DNA of 64,000 nt, from assembly GCF_000143415.4 (NCBI RefSeq), contig NW_003314376.1, positions 62,001-126,000 of the forward strand, read 5' to 3'. The stretch's first letter is position 1. Every line of letters begins with the position of its first letter. This document shows positions 13,211-26,438 of the stretch, in pieces. The notes beneath the pieces were generated by a model. It worked only from the letters and a program-made list of their open reading frames with translations. It was not told where the DNA came from and did no database searches. Both the position numbers and the translations under genes were made by a program. The stretch comes from Selaginella moellendorffii (lineage: Eukaryota > Plantae > Lycopodiophyta).

Positions 13211-13841
13211 TTGACTCTGGAGAAACTTATCTGGCCACTATGCCCTGTACTGCTTCTTCTCATCAAAGTTGAGATTTGAGCGCCTGCAAGAATAAAGAGC
13301 AAAAGTAGTACGTTACATTTTCTCAAACCTTTCGTCTTGAGCAACCTCTCTGGCCTTTGGAGGTGCACCAACGTCTGCTCCCTTGTCACCTCTAGAGGAT
13401 AGCTTGTAAATCCTTCATCAAATCGAAACTTGGTAGGTTCTTGCTCTACCTTCCAATCCATGTTCCGAGCCAGTTGTGTCATAACTTCCAAGTCTGGCGA
13501 CTTCTACCAGTCAACCCTTATATGTGATCTCTGGGTGAGATCACCGTCAGTGAGCAAGAGCCTACTGACTTCTTGCTCTGCAACTTCATCTCCTTGAAGA
13601 TTGATTCTACACAATCTTCCCTGTGACAACACATGAACTGTGCTGACTTACGTGTCACTGCCAGTGTTGGCAGGACACTTTGCGGAGAATTCCAGTGTAC
13701 CATTGCTGTGGGAACTAGCAGTGGAGGGAACTAGCACCATCCGGTTTTACTTCTTCATCGTGGATCCCTAGCTCCTCAAGTGGTCAACCATAGTCAACAC
13801 CAGTAAAATCGGTGAAAACGCTTGGAATGATTGAAAATAGT

Positions 13842-13902
13842 TGGAGATGCCGGGTATCGATCCTGGTGCCTCTCGCATGCTAACCATCTGAGCTACATCC
13901 CC
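13842..13902 (-). pseudogene. tRNA-Ala(AGC) pseudogene with a 12-nt deletion
   Basis: Same as 4429-4501 but lacking the 3' D-stem and 5' anticodon stem. Confidence 0.8.
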
Positions 13903-14367
13903 TTAGAATAGAAACAAAAATGCAAACCTTTTCTCTTCACCAATCTAGTATTCATCCTTGGAGATTTGGGCATCTTTTGTCACATTTCAAGAGTTTTTTT
14001 ATTGATTCTAGAGCTCTAGCTATGGAGGAAAATACTCAAGGTCATGAGATTTCATCTTGGCAACGTCTTATTAAGTGCTCCAGGTTTAAGGCCGAGGGAT
14101 TTGTGGAGCATACCCCTGAGAATCAAAAGAGATGCATGTGGAATCCACAGGATGGGTTGCTTGATGCGTACGACAGGGCACTCCTTGCAAAGCTGGCAAC
14201 CATGAAGAATGTTACTAATGCATATAATAATAATACATATAGTAATAGTACAAACAAGAGGAGGAACAAGGCTAGTGAATTATTTTGCTTTGCAGTGTTA
14301 TTCAAGATGGGTAGAAGCAATTGGTAAAACCAACACAATATAAATCAATTGGTATAATCTTTAGTAC

Positions 14368-17300
14368 TGTGAGGGCCAAGTGTATGGCTACGATGCTGTA
14401 TACTAATATTAGCATAGTGAGATTTTAGTAGCTGTCAGATTGGTTTCAATCCGGACCACTCGCTCTTGTATATAAGCTAGGGTTTTTGGGCTAATGGATA
14501 TGCACATTTCTGTATTACCTTTTTATATTCTAAGCACTTACATTGGTGGAAATGAAGGACATTTTTGATTGTCCCTGAGGAGTGCTTAGATTTGGGATTT
14601 TGGTTTAGATCTAGCTTTTGCATTGTCTAGATCTAGTTTTTTCCATTTCTTTTCTTTTGTTCTTTCCTTTTAGGATTTTGGTTTAGATCTAGCTTTTTGC
14701 ATTGTCTAGATCTACCATTTCCTTCTAACTTTTTGTCATTTCTCTTCTTTTGCTCTTTCTTTTTCATTAATCTTCATGGCAGATTAACAATTTCCTCCTT
14801 TGACTTTGGAGCGCAGTTAGTACAATTGCTTAATACTATGCGCTTGCAATTGAACAACCAAACTCAGTTGATGGCGGCGTTCACAGCACGTGGTACAACT
14901 CCTCCTGCTCTTGGTGCCAATCCTCGCGTTCGGCCAGAGTTCTTTCGCGGGAATCCTGGGGATGATATGTACCATTGGTTCGATCACTTCACGGTGATTG
15001 CCATATATCATTCTTGGGATGATGCTCGACGTTTGCGTGAGTTTCCCACGTGTCTCCAAGGGACGGCGTTATAGTGGTACAATGGTTTGAGTGCAACCAC
15101 TCATGGGGATTGGAGTGTTCTCCCGGACATCTTCAAACACGCCTTCGGATATGCTGATGACTGTGATGATGCCTTCCAACAATTGCATCGTCTTCGCCAA
15201 GGGCCATCTGAGTCGGTGATGCAATTTGGCATTCGTTTCCGAAGTCTTTTGCTTCGTGTGGAGCCAAATATGTTGGAGCGGATCAAGCTAGGAATGTTGT
15301 GGCCAGCACTTTGTCAAAATCTTGTCGGAATTGTGCATGCACTTGTTCCCACCACCCTTGATGATTCTCTTCACTGGCACAATGTTATTAGACGTCGCCT
15401 CTTCCACTTCTCACTGCACGTCCTTCAGCTTCACTTCCTATAGGTGATGGTCCTGTTCCAATGGAGGTTGATGCTGTTGTTGCTTGAGTCCAAAGACAAA
15501 GGCGAGAACGTGGTTGTGGCTGTGATGTTCGCTGCTAGGCATGTGATGAAGTTGGTTATACTTATTAGCGTTGTCGGCGTTTTTCGGATTGGCGACCTCC
15601 ATTTCCTAGGGGGAGACTTTGGTGTCAGCAACGTCCTGTTGGTGCTGCTGCAATGGACAGTTTGGACACCAAGATGCATCCGGGAAATGAGGAGTCGCAC
15701 GAGTAATGGAGGGACCTTGCGCAAATAAGTCAGTGACCCCTCCATCTTTCTTTCGGGAGTATCATCAAGGGGTTCAGTCAGCACTGGTTCATCCAGTGTT
15801 TACTTTCCAAGTTTGTTTTTATAACAAGAGGTCTCCTATTATTCTCTCCATGTTAGTTGATACTGGTTCGAGTTTATCTTCTATTGCTCGACCTGTTGCC
15901 ACACGTTGCCATCTACACTTGCGTCGTGCGACAGAACCAGTTTTCATTCTTTATGGCAATGGCCATACACATGCATGTGCACGGGATGAGGCGGACCTGG
16001 TTGTGCGTGTGGGCGATCTCGAGTTTAAATTGCAGTCATTGCGGGTGGTGCCGAGTCAAGCTTTTGACCTCATTCTTGGTATGGATTGGTTGCAGCGCAA
16101 TCATGCTAAGTGTGATTTTGAAACTTCTCCCCCTTGTCTTATACTTCCTTATGTTTCATCCATTCCTCTCACTTCTGTACCTCTTTGTCCCTTTACTTCT
16201 ACCTATACTTCCATTACTTTTGTTTCCCCACTATTTCCTCTTATGTTTCCATCTTGTTTTGCTCTTCCCTTTTCCGATCCCTCCGACGATCTTTGTGTTG
16301 CAACGGTAGACTGGCCCATGAAGGAGTATTCTGATCTCTTTGAATTTGATCTATCGTCTGGGGCTAAGATTGCCACACGTCATCCAATTCTAACCAGGGA
16401 TGCTCGTCCAATCAAGGTTCCCGTTCATCATCGGTCACCCAAGGAAATCAAGATTTTACGTGCAAATGTCAAGGAGATGTTGGAGAAGGGTGTTATTCGG
16501 AAGTCGTGGAGTCCTTAGGCATGTGAACCTCATCTTGTGACGAAGCCTAATGGGAGTATTCGTTTCTGCATCGACTATTTTCCATTAAACAAAGTGACGA
16601 TTCCAAATGTGTATCCTCTTCTTCACATTGCTGATCTCTTGGATCGTCTGGGGCAAAGTCGTTAGTTCACCAAGCTAGATCTTGCTTCTGGGTACTAGCA
16701 AGTACCGATGGCCAAAGAAGATATTCCTAAGACTGATTTTCGTACACCATTTGGTTTGTACGAGTTTTTGGTGATGCCGTTTGGTTTGAACAATGTTCCA
16801 GCAACCTTCTAGTAGATGATGGACGAGGTTCTTTGCCATATGCCAGAGGTGATTGCTAACTTCATTGATGATGTCTTGTTCCACTCGGAGGGGACGTGGG
16901 AGGAACACGTTCGTGATGTTTGTAAAGTGTTGGATCGGCTATGCGATGTTGGTTTAAAGCTGAAGCGGACAAAGTGCGTGTTTGGGTCCAAGGATACAAC
17001 TTATCTTGGGTACTATATTTCTCGTGAGGTTTTGCAAGTTGATCCTAACAAACTTGTGGCTGTTCTAAAGTTCCTTACTCCGAAGTGTGTGAATGATGTG
17101 TAGCGCTTCTTGGGCAAGGTGCAGTATCTCGGTCGTTTTGTGGATCATCTTTCTGATCACACTACACCGTTGCAAGTGTTGCTGAAGTCGTCAATATCAT
17201 CTTTCATCTGGTCTTCGGATTATGAGCGGGCGGTCGAAGATCTCAAAGAGCTATTGATGACTCCTTTGGTTTTGGCATATCCTGATTACACTTGACCTTT

Positions 17301-19374
17301 TATTTTGCGCGTGGATGCTTCTGACATTGGTCTTGGAGGTGTGTTGATGCAAGAGAGCTCGAGTGTGCTTGGTCAGCGCTATCCCATTGCGTATATAAGC
17401 CATACATTACAACCAGCGGGAACTACTCCACGACAGAGAAGGAGTGTTTAACAGTAGTTTGGGGTTTCAAGAAACTTCATGCATATCTACATGGTTTTCA
17501 GACATTACTTGAAGGTGATCATGCTACTATTACTTCATTATTGAAGAGGAAGAACCTAGTTGGTCGTACTGCTCGATGGGCTTTGAAGCTTCAGATATAT
17601 GATTTTGATGTTGTTCATCGCCTAGGGAGTTCTTTGGCTGATGCTAATGCCCTTTCTCGAGCTCCTCTTCCTTCTCCATTCTCTTCTCATGTTTCTGACA
17701 AGCCTGTTGTTCCAGCCTCTGTGGATTTTCTAGACGAGGATTTTGTGCCGTCGGCGGTTGCTGTACTTGATGTTCAGTGTCCACAAGGCACAGAGCAAGA
17801 TCTACCTTCTCTTGATGAGGTTTGCGAGGCTCAAAAGCTTGAGGTGTGGATTCGAAGGCTTCGAGATGGGTTTGAGAATCTTGCATCACTTGCTGATAAC
17901 TTGCCTTTCCAGCATTTACATTCTCAATATTGCCTCGAAGATAACCTTCTTTGTTTTGTGGGGACGGATCCTGATGATCATTTACGACTGGTGGTGCCTT
18001 TTATCTTTATTCCGCGGTTTCTCCATGCCTACCATGATTCTCCTGTTCTGGGTGGGCATATGGGACATTGTCGTGTAATTGAGAAGCTGCGCAGGTCTTT
18101 CTATTGGCCGGAGATGCGACATGATATTATCTGGTATGTGTGTAGCTGCGTTTGATGCCAAGCTCGTAATACTCCCCTTCGGGCTGCGAAAGGACGGTTG
18201 GAGTCAATTGCAGTTTCCTGTCCGTTTGAATTGGTGGCATTTGATCTAATGGGACCTTTTCCACGGTCGACTGCTAGCAATGAGTATGTTATTATTGCTT
18301 TTGACTACTTGACTCGTTAGGTGGAAGTTGGTGCTCTTGCTAGTGCCTCTGCAACTACTGTTAGATACTTCCTTCTCAATCAAGTGGTGTTCTAGCATTC
18401 TTGTCCAGAGCGGATTCTTTCAGATAATGGGCCCGCATTTATGGCTGAGGCATTTCATGTTTTGACGTCTCGGCTGGGGATACGCTACACTTTCACGAGT
18501 CCTTATCATCCACAATCAAACGGGCTACTGGAATGGCTCGTTCAGACATTCAAGAGGATGATTGCGAAGTATGTGAACTTTCAGCATTCGGATTGGGATG
18601 GTTATTTGCCGTCTCTTCGGTATGCATATGTCACAGGGGTGCAGAGTTTTGTTGGTGCTTCACCATATAAACTTTTATATGGTCATGATCCAATATTACC
18701 AACGAAGCTGGGTTTACCTTCGCGATTGCCACCAGCTGCGGATGCTAAGTCATGGGATCAGTATTTGACGAGCATTCTTCCACTTGTCCGAGCGGAGTCT
18801 GCCGAACACTTAGGCCGCGTACAAGTGAGACAACAATAGCAGTACAACTCCTATCATCGTCCACTTGCGGAGTACAAAGTGCATGATTTAGTGTTAGTCC
18901 GTTTTCCCCATCTTACGGTACGTGGTTTATCTAAGGGGCTCCTTGCATAGTGGAAAGGACTGTATCGGGTGTTGCGGCAAGTTCAACCACAAGTTTATGA
19001 GGTTCAGCAAGATGTCCAATAGGCCGATCCTCCAGAGATTGTGCATGTGCAGCGGTTAAAACGCTTCATACAAAGGGATCAAGAGCACTTAATACCACCT
19101 ACAGTTCCACCGATGCCTCCTCCTGATGTTTCTCCAGATCCCGGCCCATCTACAAGAGAACCCTGATAGTCTTTCATTATTCCGAGAAGAGGGGATGATG
19201 TGAGGGCCAAGTGTACGATTACAATACTGTAAACTAATATTAGCGTAGTGGGATTTTGGTAGCCATCGGATTGGTTTCAATCCGGACCACTCACTCCTGT
19301 ATATAAGCTAGGGTTTTTTGGGCTAATGGATATGCACATTTCTGTATTCCCTTTCCATATTCCAAGCACTCACA
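14368..19374 (+). mobile_element. Ty3/gypsy LTR retrotransposon G1 (no chromodomain seen, short LTRs), decayed
   Basis: LTRs 14368-14542 and 19199-19374 (TG...CA); PBS 14544-14554; Gag; protease (LVDTGSS); RT (FIDDV); RNase H (DAS); integrase (YHPQSNG); PPT GAGAAGAGGGGATGA; many stops. Confidence 0.93.
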
Positions 19375-20455
19375 ATATATATTTATAAATAAACATTTAC
19401 TTATAAATTACTCATAAAATAACAAAAGGATATTTTTTAAAGTTACACTCAAAGTAATAAATGTATATTCAGTAATACTAAATATAGTGAATTTATTCTG
19501 TATAATTGGTCAGAAGGTAAAACCTCTATTAAATAGGAAATATTGCCACTCAGATCTAAATATTATTTAAATTTAAATTTTTTAAAAATGCCTGTTTAAT
19601 AAAAATATTGCCACGAAAACATTAAGAAATTATTCTTTCGTGTACCAGAATATTTGAAAATATTTTTAATGACTCCTTTTGCTCACTCTATTATCAGATC
19701 TGTATAGGACTACATTAAGTTGTACATTCTTGAGGTCAGTAGGAAGGCATTGATTTGCTTGTTACAACTTACAAGTTCCAAAGGCATTAGTTTGGTTTTG
19801 GTACAAGATCCAGGCAGGACAACATGCTTGGAATACAAGGAATGGAGAGAGGCCACCTTGAAACAAAATCCATCACCTAGTAAGCTTTTAATAATTGGTT
19901 TCTTTGGATTGATCAAGCATGCCCAATATCTCTATTTGTTTGTTCAGAAAAGCAAATGCACTTAAATTTTGAAAGAATGTGAAGGTGACGTTTCCAATTT
20001 TGAACTTTTGTAAGAAAAACAAGTTACTCATTTTAAAAGACTTTTAGATATACAAATATGTTGTTTACTAGCAAACCAAAATACCAATTAATATTAGTGT
20101 TTAGACAATTTGATTGGTACAGAAGACCATACCAGTTGATTTATATTGTGTTGGTTTTACCAATTGCTTTACTCATCCTTTTTCATAACACTGCAAAGCA
20201 AAACACTATCCCTTTTCCTCCTCCTCTTGTGATTACTATTACTATAATATGTATTATTATTATAAGCATTAGTAACATTCTTCATGGTTGCCTGCAGATG
20301 CAGCTTCTTGGCTATAGAAACTTGCTGGAGATGGTGGGCTTTCCAAAGCTCATCTCTCAAAAGGCTCTTGAAATGCAACAAAAGCTGCCAGAATCTCCAA
20401 GGATGAGTATTAGAATGGTGAAGAGAAAAGTTTAGCATTTTTGTTTCTTTGCTAA

Positions 20456-20512
20456 GGGGAGATAGCTCAGATGGTAGAGCGCTCGCTTAGGGATCAATAA
20501 CCAGCATCTCCA
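20456..20512 (+). pseudogene. tRNA-Ala pseudogene with an internal deletion (arm A)
   Basis: Identical to 8676-8732. Confidence 0.8.
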
Positions 20513-20964
20513 AATATGTTTGATTATTGGATCGTTCCAGGCGTTTTGACCGATTTTACTGGTGTTGACCTCTGGGGGAGCTATGGATGGATGTTGCACC
20601 GTGAGACTGTCAACAGAGCAATGCATAGATATTTATCTTGTGTTCTTTTTCCCACATTTTTGCAAACGAGTAAACAAGTTTCGTTCACTGCAAGTACATT
20701 AGGATTGAGCCTGGAAAGGAGTTGCCATCAAATTAAAGATGTTGAAATATTGAGCATTTCGTGATTGTGAGATTAAATCGCTGTTCACATCTAGGTTTGG
20801 GCTCTTTGGCATGCTCAGTTCAAGTCCGACAATCCATCACAAGCTCTTATTTTTTTCACAAAGCCAAAAGTACCTCTTTTATTTTCTATTTTCTAAGTCA
20901 AGGGTTAGGTTATAATCTTTCTCGCTTGGATTTTTCTATTGTCGAAGCTCTCGTCAGGTAAGCT

Positions 20965-21711
20965 ATGGTCTCTCGCGCTCACGCCGCCCCAACGCTTGCC
21001 CGCCGAGCTCCAGTGCCCTGGCATGGCGGCCATCACCGAGCTTCACACCCGCGAGCTCCAGCTCTAGCTCCAGCACATCCACCACACCACCATGGACACC
21101 ATCCTCGAGGAGCCCACGAGCCAGTACCAGCTTTAGCTCCAGTTCTTCAAGGTGACGCTCCAGTTCGAGCCCCAGCGCCAGCTGCTTTCGTTCACCCTGC
21201 TCGCGGCCACCCTGCTCATCTAGCTCCAGCGCCTGATGCTCGCCACCACGATCCAGCTCCAGCAGCAGCAGTGTACCATCATCATCACGGTGATGGAGAC
21301 CCTCTGGTTGTTCACCACCATCACCATGGTCACCACCATGGAGGACGCCACAACCACCACCACCACCACCATCGTCGCGAGGGTCACGACGCAGCAGTGG
21401 CCACACCAACACCTGCAGCAGTAGTTACAGTGGTTCGGAGGACGCCGTGGTCGCTGCTCCAGCTTCTTCTGTGGGTTTTGGTTGCGATCTTGGTGCTGCT
21501 CGCATTCTTTTTGCTCGTGCGATGGATGTTCTCTCGGAGGAAGCAGCGCAGTAATGCGATCTTTCAGGATCCCGGGTGGCAGATCGAAGTTGTGGTGGAC
21601 GATTCTCTGACTGAGAAGAAACAGCTGGAAGCTCACACTCGTGGTTCGCACAGCAATGGCACTCTGGGATTCTCCTCAAAGTGTCCTGCCAACACTGGCA
21701 GTGACGCGTAA
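20965..21711 (+). CDS. His/Pro/Ala-rich membrane protein, copy 2
   Basis: 248-aa ORF; differs from copy 1 mainly in His-tract length. Confidence 0.65.
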   Translation: MVSRAHAAPTLARRAPVPWHGGHHRASHPRAPALAPAHPPHHHGHHPRGAHEPVPALAPVLQGDAPVRAPAPAAFVHPARGHPAHLAPAPDARHHDPAPAAAVYHHHHGDGDPLVVHHHHHGHHHGGRHNHHHHHHRREGHDAAVATPTPAAVVTVVRRTPWSLLQLLLWVLVAILVLLAFFLLVRWMFSRRKQRSNAIFQDPGWQIEVVVDDSLTEKKQLEAHTRGSHSNGTLGFSSKCPANTGSDA

Positions 21712-22099
21712 GTCAGCACAGTGCCTTGTCACATGGAAGATTGTGTACAAACAATCTTCAAGGAGATGAAGTTGCAGAGCAAGAAGACAGCAGGGTCTTG
21801 CTCACGGACGGTGAAGATCACATACAAGGGTCCACTGGTGGAAGTCACCAGACTTGGAAGTTATTGCGCAGCTGGCTCGGAACATGGACTGGAAAGTAGA
21901 GCAGGAACCTACCAAGTTTCGATTTGACTGAGCTATCCTCTAGAGGTGACGGGGGAGCAGACGTTAGTGCACCTCCAAAGGCCAGAGAAGTTGCTTGAGA
22001 CGAAAGGTTTGAGAAAAGGTAACGTACTACTTTTGCTCTCCGTTCTTGCAGGTGCTCAAATCTCAACTTCGATGAGAAGAAGCAGAGCAGGGCATAGCG

Positions 22100-22480
22100 G
22101 CCAGATAGGTTTCTCCAGAGTCAAGAGCATCATAAGCCAGGAATCAAGCAAGTGCAAAATTGTGGAAGTATGGTCGAAGTCTCGTCGCAAGCAGCCTCGT
22201 GGACATGTGGAAGCATCAGAAGTGTTCAGGAGGACAAAGAAACACGACGTTGGTTGCCTGGAACACGATCAGCATGGGACATGCACGTCTTCTATCAGAT
22301 GCAACGAGAAGCTGGCCTGCCTCCAAACGCTGAGACTTTGCATGGAGCAGCAAAACGTCGTTTCCTGGATTTTGCCAAGAACAACCTTTGCTCTTGAGTG
22401 CTATGAGCAAGCCGCAGCCAAACGCTCAGACTTTCAAGAGAAATCTGGAGGGAATCCACTACTCAGTGTGGTCGCTCAAT
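22100..22480 (+). pseudogene. Degenerate PPR fragment (arm A)
   Basis: Paralog of 10330-10760 with further deletions. Confidence 0.6.
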
Positions 22481-25400
22481 GAGAGAAAAGCTTTTCTTGG
22501 GAGGTCGGTAAACTTTGCAAGGAAAGAGTGTCATGCAAGGTTGATGGAGCCGTCAATCAAAGATGGTACCTGAAAAGACACGAATGGATCCTAGCTGGCA
22601 CACCTGGTGAAGAGATAAAAAATATGAGAGACAATACTTATCTCTTAATTAATTTGCTGTGAGTAATTTAGTTATAAACTTATTTAAGATTAATATTATA
22701 GTAGAATAAACAATAAATTGCTACACGTTGCATGTAGCAATGCTTGGTTTGCTTAATACTAGAGTTATTATTACTTATTAATCCAATTGATCAAATAAAG
22801 TTTATAATTATAAGCATGTTTGTAATTCATATATACAAGATTAATTTTATTGCATATCAACCATTAGATGGTAGAATTAAAAAGAATATACTAGAAAAGG
22901 TTTAAGAAAGTTTATAAATTATAAATACAAAATTAATCTAAATGAATAACAACCGTTAGATGGTAAAATATCCTAGAATATCCAAGTATATTCTAGGTAT
23001 ATTCAATACCATCAAACCAAAAATATACTAGAAAGTGTTTATAGGGAAGTTTATAAATTATAAGTAAAAAGATTAATCTAAATGAACAACAACTATTAGA
23101 TATTAAAATATCCTAGAATCTCCAAGCATAGTTTAAGTATGTTCAATACCACCATAGGTTTGCCGAAGCAAATCAGTTATGGATCTATAGTGTTTGGTCA
23201 CTTTAAACCTATAGAAGCTTATTCACAAAAACTTGGGAGTTAAGTTTCTCCTAGATTTTGTTGTTGATTAGATGTTATGTTTTTCTTTCAACCATGCTTT
23301 GTACAAATATACAAACTTTATAATTATAATTCAAGTTCTTTAAATCTTTTTTAATTTCATATTAGTAGACGAGAAACAACAAACATATGAACATTACAAA
23401 TACTTGGTCAAAGGAAGCAAACACAGCATACTCAAAAGCATTATAGTTGAAAGTAAAAAATAGCCATCAAGCAGGAATACCATCATTATGAGTATATAAT
23501 TGTCAAGTATGGAAGTGATATTATAAATGGGAAGCTTTACAACATCATAATCAACCAATTCCTGAGTTGCAATTACATATAAACATTAAAATTCTGAAAT
23601 CTTTCATCCTTTGCATAGGATGGATCCAAATGTTAAAGTTTGGATTCATCATAACGTCTGAACATGAGGTTAAAAAAATAGATATTGGTATTGTATTTGA
23701 AACTAAAATAAAATTTATCTATAAATTACACTGAAAACAATATAAGGCATTTCTTATAATTACACTCAAAGAGAGAGTTAATTCTTCAATAGAAGAAAAA
23801 CATGCAACCATCACAAAACTTAAATGTATCAACGGCCTTGTCTAGATCAGCTGAAAGAAGGCACAAAGAAACTTGCCAAGCATCAGCAAGACAAAAGCAC
23901 ACAATTTACTTTGGACAACTCTCTATCATGAAATCAAAAAAGATTTAAAGAACTTGAATCATAGTTACAAAGTTGTACATTTGTACAGGACAGAATGTAA
24001 CATCTAATCTACTTGGAGAAGCTTGAGTCCCAAGTTTTCAAGTTAAGTTTAAGTGACCAAACACCATAGATATATAATTTCCTATATAAATAACCATTTG
24101 TCAAATATCATCCAGAGCATGATTGTCTCTGATATTTTTATCTTTTGACCATGGTGTGCCCCCTAAGATCCTTTCGCCTGTTTTCATCCTTTGGAACTTG
24201 TAAGTTGTAACAAGCAAATCAATGCCTTCCTACTGACCTCAAGAATGTACAACTTAATGTAGTCCTATACAGATCTGATAATAGAGAGAGCAAAAGGAGT
24301 CATTAAAATATTTTCAAATATTCTGGTACACGAAAGAATAATTTATTAATGTTTTCGTGGCAATATTTTTATTAAACAGGTATTTTAAAAAAATTTAAAT
24401 TTAAATAATATTTAGATCTGAGTGGCAATATTTCCTATTTAATAGAGGTTTTACCTTCTGACCTAATTTAAAGAATAAATTCACTATATTTAGTATTACT
24501 GAATATACATTTATTACTATAAAATCCATTTGAGTGTAACTTTAAAAAATGTCCTTTTGTTATTTTATGAGTAATTTATAAGTAAATGTTTATTTATAAA
24601 TATATATCAAATTCAAATACACTACCAATATATGGAGGTGCACCAACGTCTGCTCCCTTGTCACCTCTAGAGGATAGCTCGTAAATCCTTCATCAAATCG
24701 AAACTTGGTAGGTTCTTGCTCTACCTTCCAATCCATGTTCCAAGCCAGTTGTGTCATAACTTCCAAGTCTGGCGACTTCCACCAGTCAACCCTTGTATGT
24801 GATCTCTGGGTGAGATCACTGTCAGTGAGCAAGAGCCTACTGCCTTCTTGCTCTGCAACTTCATCTCCTTGAAGATTGATTCTACACAATCTTCCCTGTA
24901 ACAACACATGCACTGTGCTGACTTACGTGTCACTGCCAGTGTTGGCAGGACACTTTGCGGAGAATTCCAGTGTACCATTGCTGTGGGAACTACGAGTGTG
25001 AGCATCCAGCTTTTTCTTCTCAGTCGGTGAATCGTCCACCACAACTTCCAGATGATCTGTCACTTCGATCTGCCACCCGGGCTCCTGAAAGATCGCATTC
25101 CTGTGCTGCTTCCTTTGAGATAACATGCATCGCTCAATCACCAAATGCTCTCCACAGTATAGGTATGATATTTCAAAAAGAGAAATGGATATCTTTCCAA
25201 TCCTAATGTCCTACTTGCAGTGACACGCCACTTTGGATACTTTGAATAACGAAACTCTTTTTTTCCTCGTTTTTCAACTTAGCACTCATTGAATGTGATC
25301 ATGGAGACACAAGCCATCAGCGTGCACAAACTACTTCCCTACAGGAAACTGGGGAAAAGAAACACGAGATAAATATGTATCCATTGCTGTTTTGATAGTC

Positions 25401-25790
25401 TCACGGTGCCCAACCGAAAGCATGAGACTGATAGATGCAAAAATGCAAGTTGGATTATCTTTGTCATGTAGATGGCATCCTTGTTGTCTTCACGCTCCTG
25501 CCTACCAGTCTTCTTTTTCTCGGCCGGTGCAGGTCTCTTATTATGGCTGCCTCTATTGCAGACACAACATATCAAAGTAGTTTCCATAATGTCAGAGGCA
25601 AAAGCAAAAGAATTAACCCATCTGGGTACTGGAGTAAAAGCCAGTTTGTCACAGACGGTAGAGCAGCAATCCAGTGACCCAACAGTGGAGGGAACTGGCA
25701 CCATCCGGTTTTACTTCTTCATCGTCAAGTGGTCAACCATAGTCAACACCAGTAAAATCGGTCAAAATGCTTGGAATGATTGAAAATAGT

Positions 25791-25863
25791 TGGAGATGCT
25801 GGGTATCGATCCCAGTGCCTCTCGCATGCTAAGTGAGCGCTCTACCATCTGAACTACATCCCC
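25791..25863 (-). tRNA. tRNA-Ala(AGC), one anticodon-stem mismatch
   Basis: 73 nt; T stem CTGGG/CCCAG fully paired; TTTT downstream. Confidence 0.85.
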
Positions 25864-26438
25864 TTAGCATAGAAACAAAAATGCAAAGCTTTTCTCTTCA
25901 CCATTCTAGTACTCATCCTTGGAGATTCTAGTGTCTTTTTTGTCACATTTCAAGAGTTTTTTTATTGATTCTAGAGCTCTAGCTATGGAGGAAAGTACTC
26001 CAGTTCTGCTGTGTAGTGTTAGTTATCCAAAACCAAAAGATATACCATGTATTTGGTTAGTTGGGTAAAATTGATGTATTTGGAGTTTTAAAATTTAGAT
26101 GAAACAAGCTTTAAATTTGAAAAGAACACTTTACAACAATAACAATAAGGTAAACATTAGCAGTTTCTCAAGAAATTCTAAAAATGAGAAAAAAAATAAA
26201 TATGTGAAAATTACAAATGCATAATCAAATGAAGCAAAGGCAACATACTTAAGGGCATTATAGTTCAAAGCAAAAGTTAAAAGTCTTAACATTAAACAAC
26301 AATACCATCATTACAAGTATATAATTTTCAATTATGGAATTGATACTATAAATAAGACGATTTACAACATCACAATAAACTAATTCCTATACATATACTT
26401 CCTACATTTGGTGAGTCTTTAATCCCTTATAAACATAT

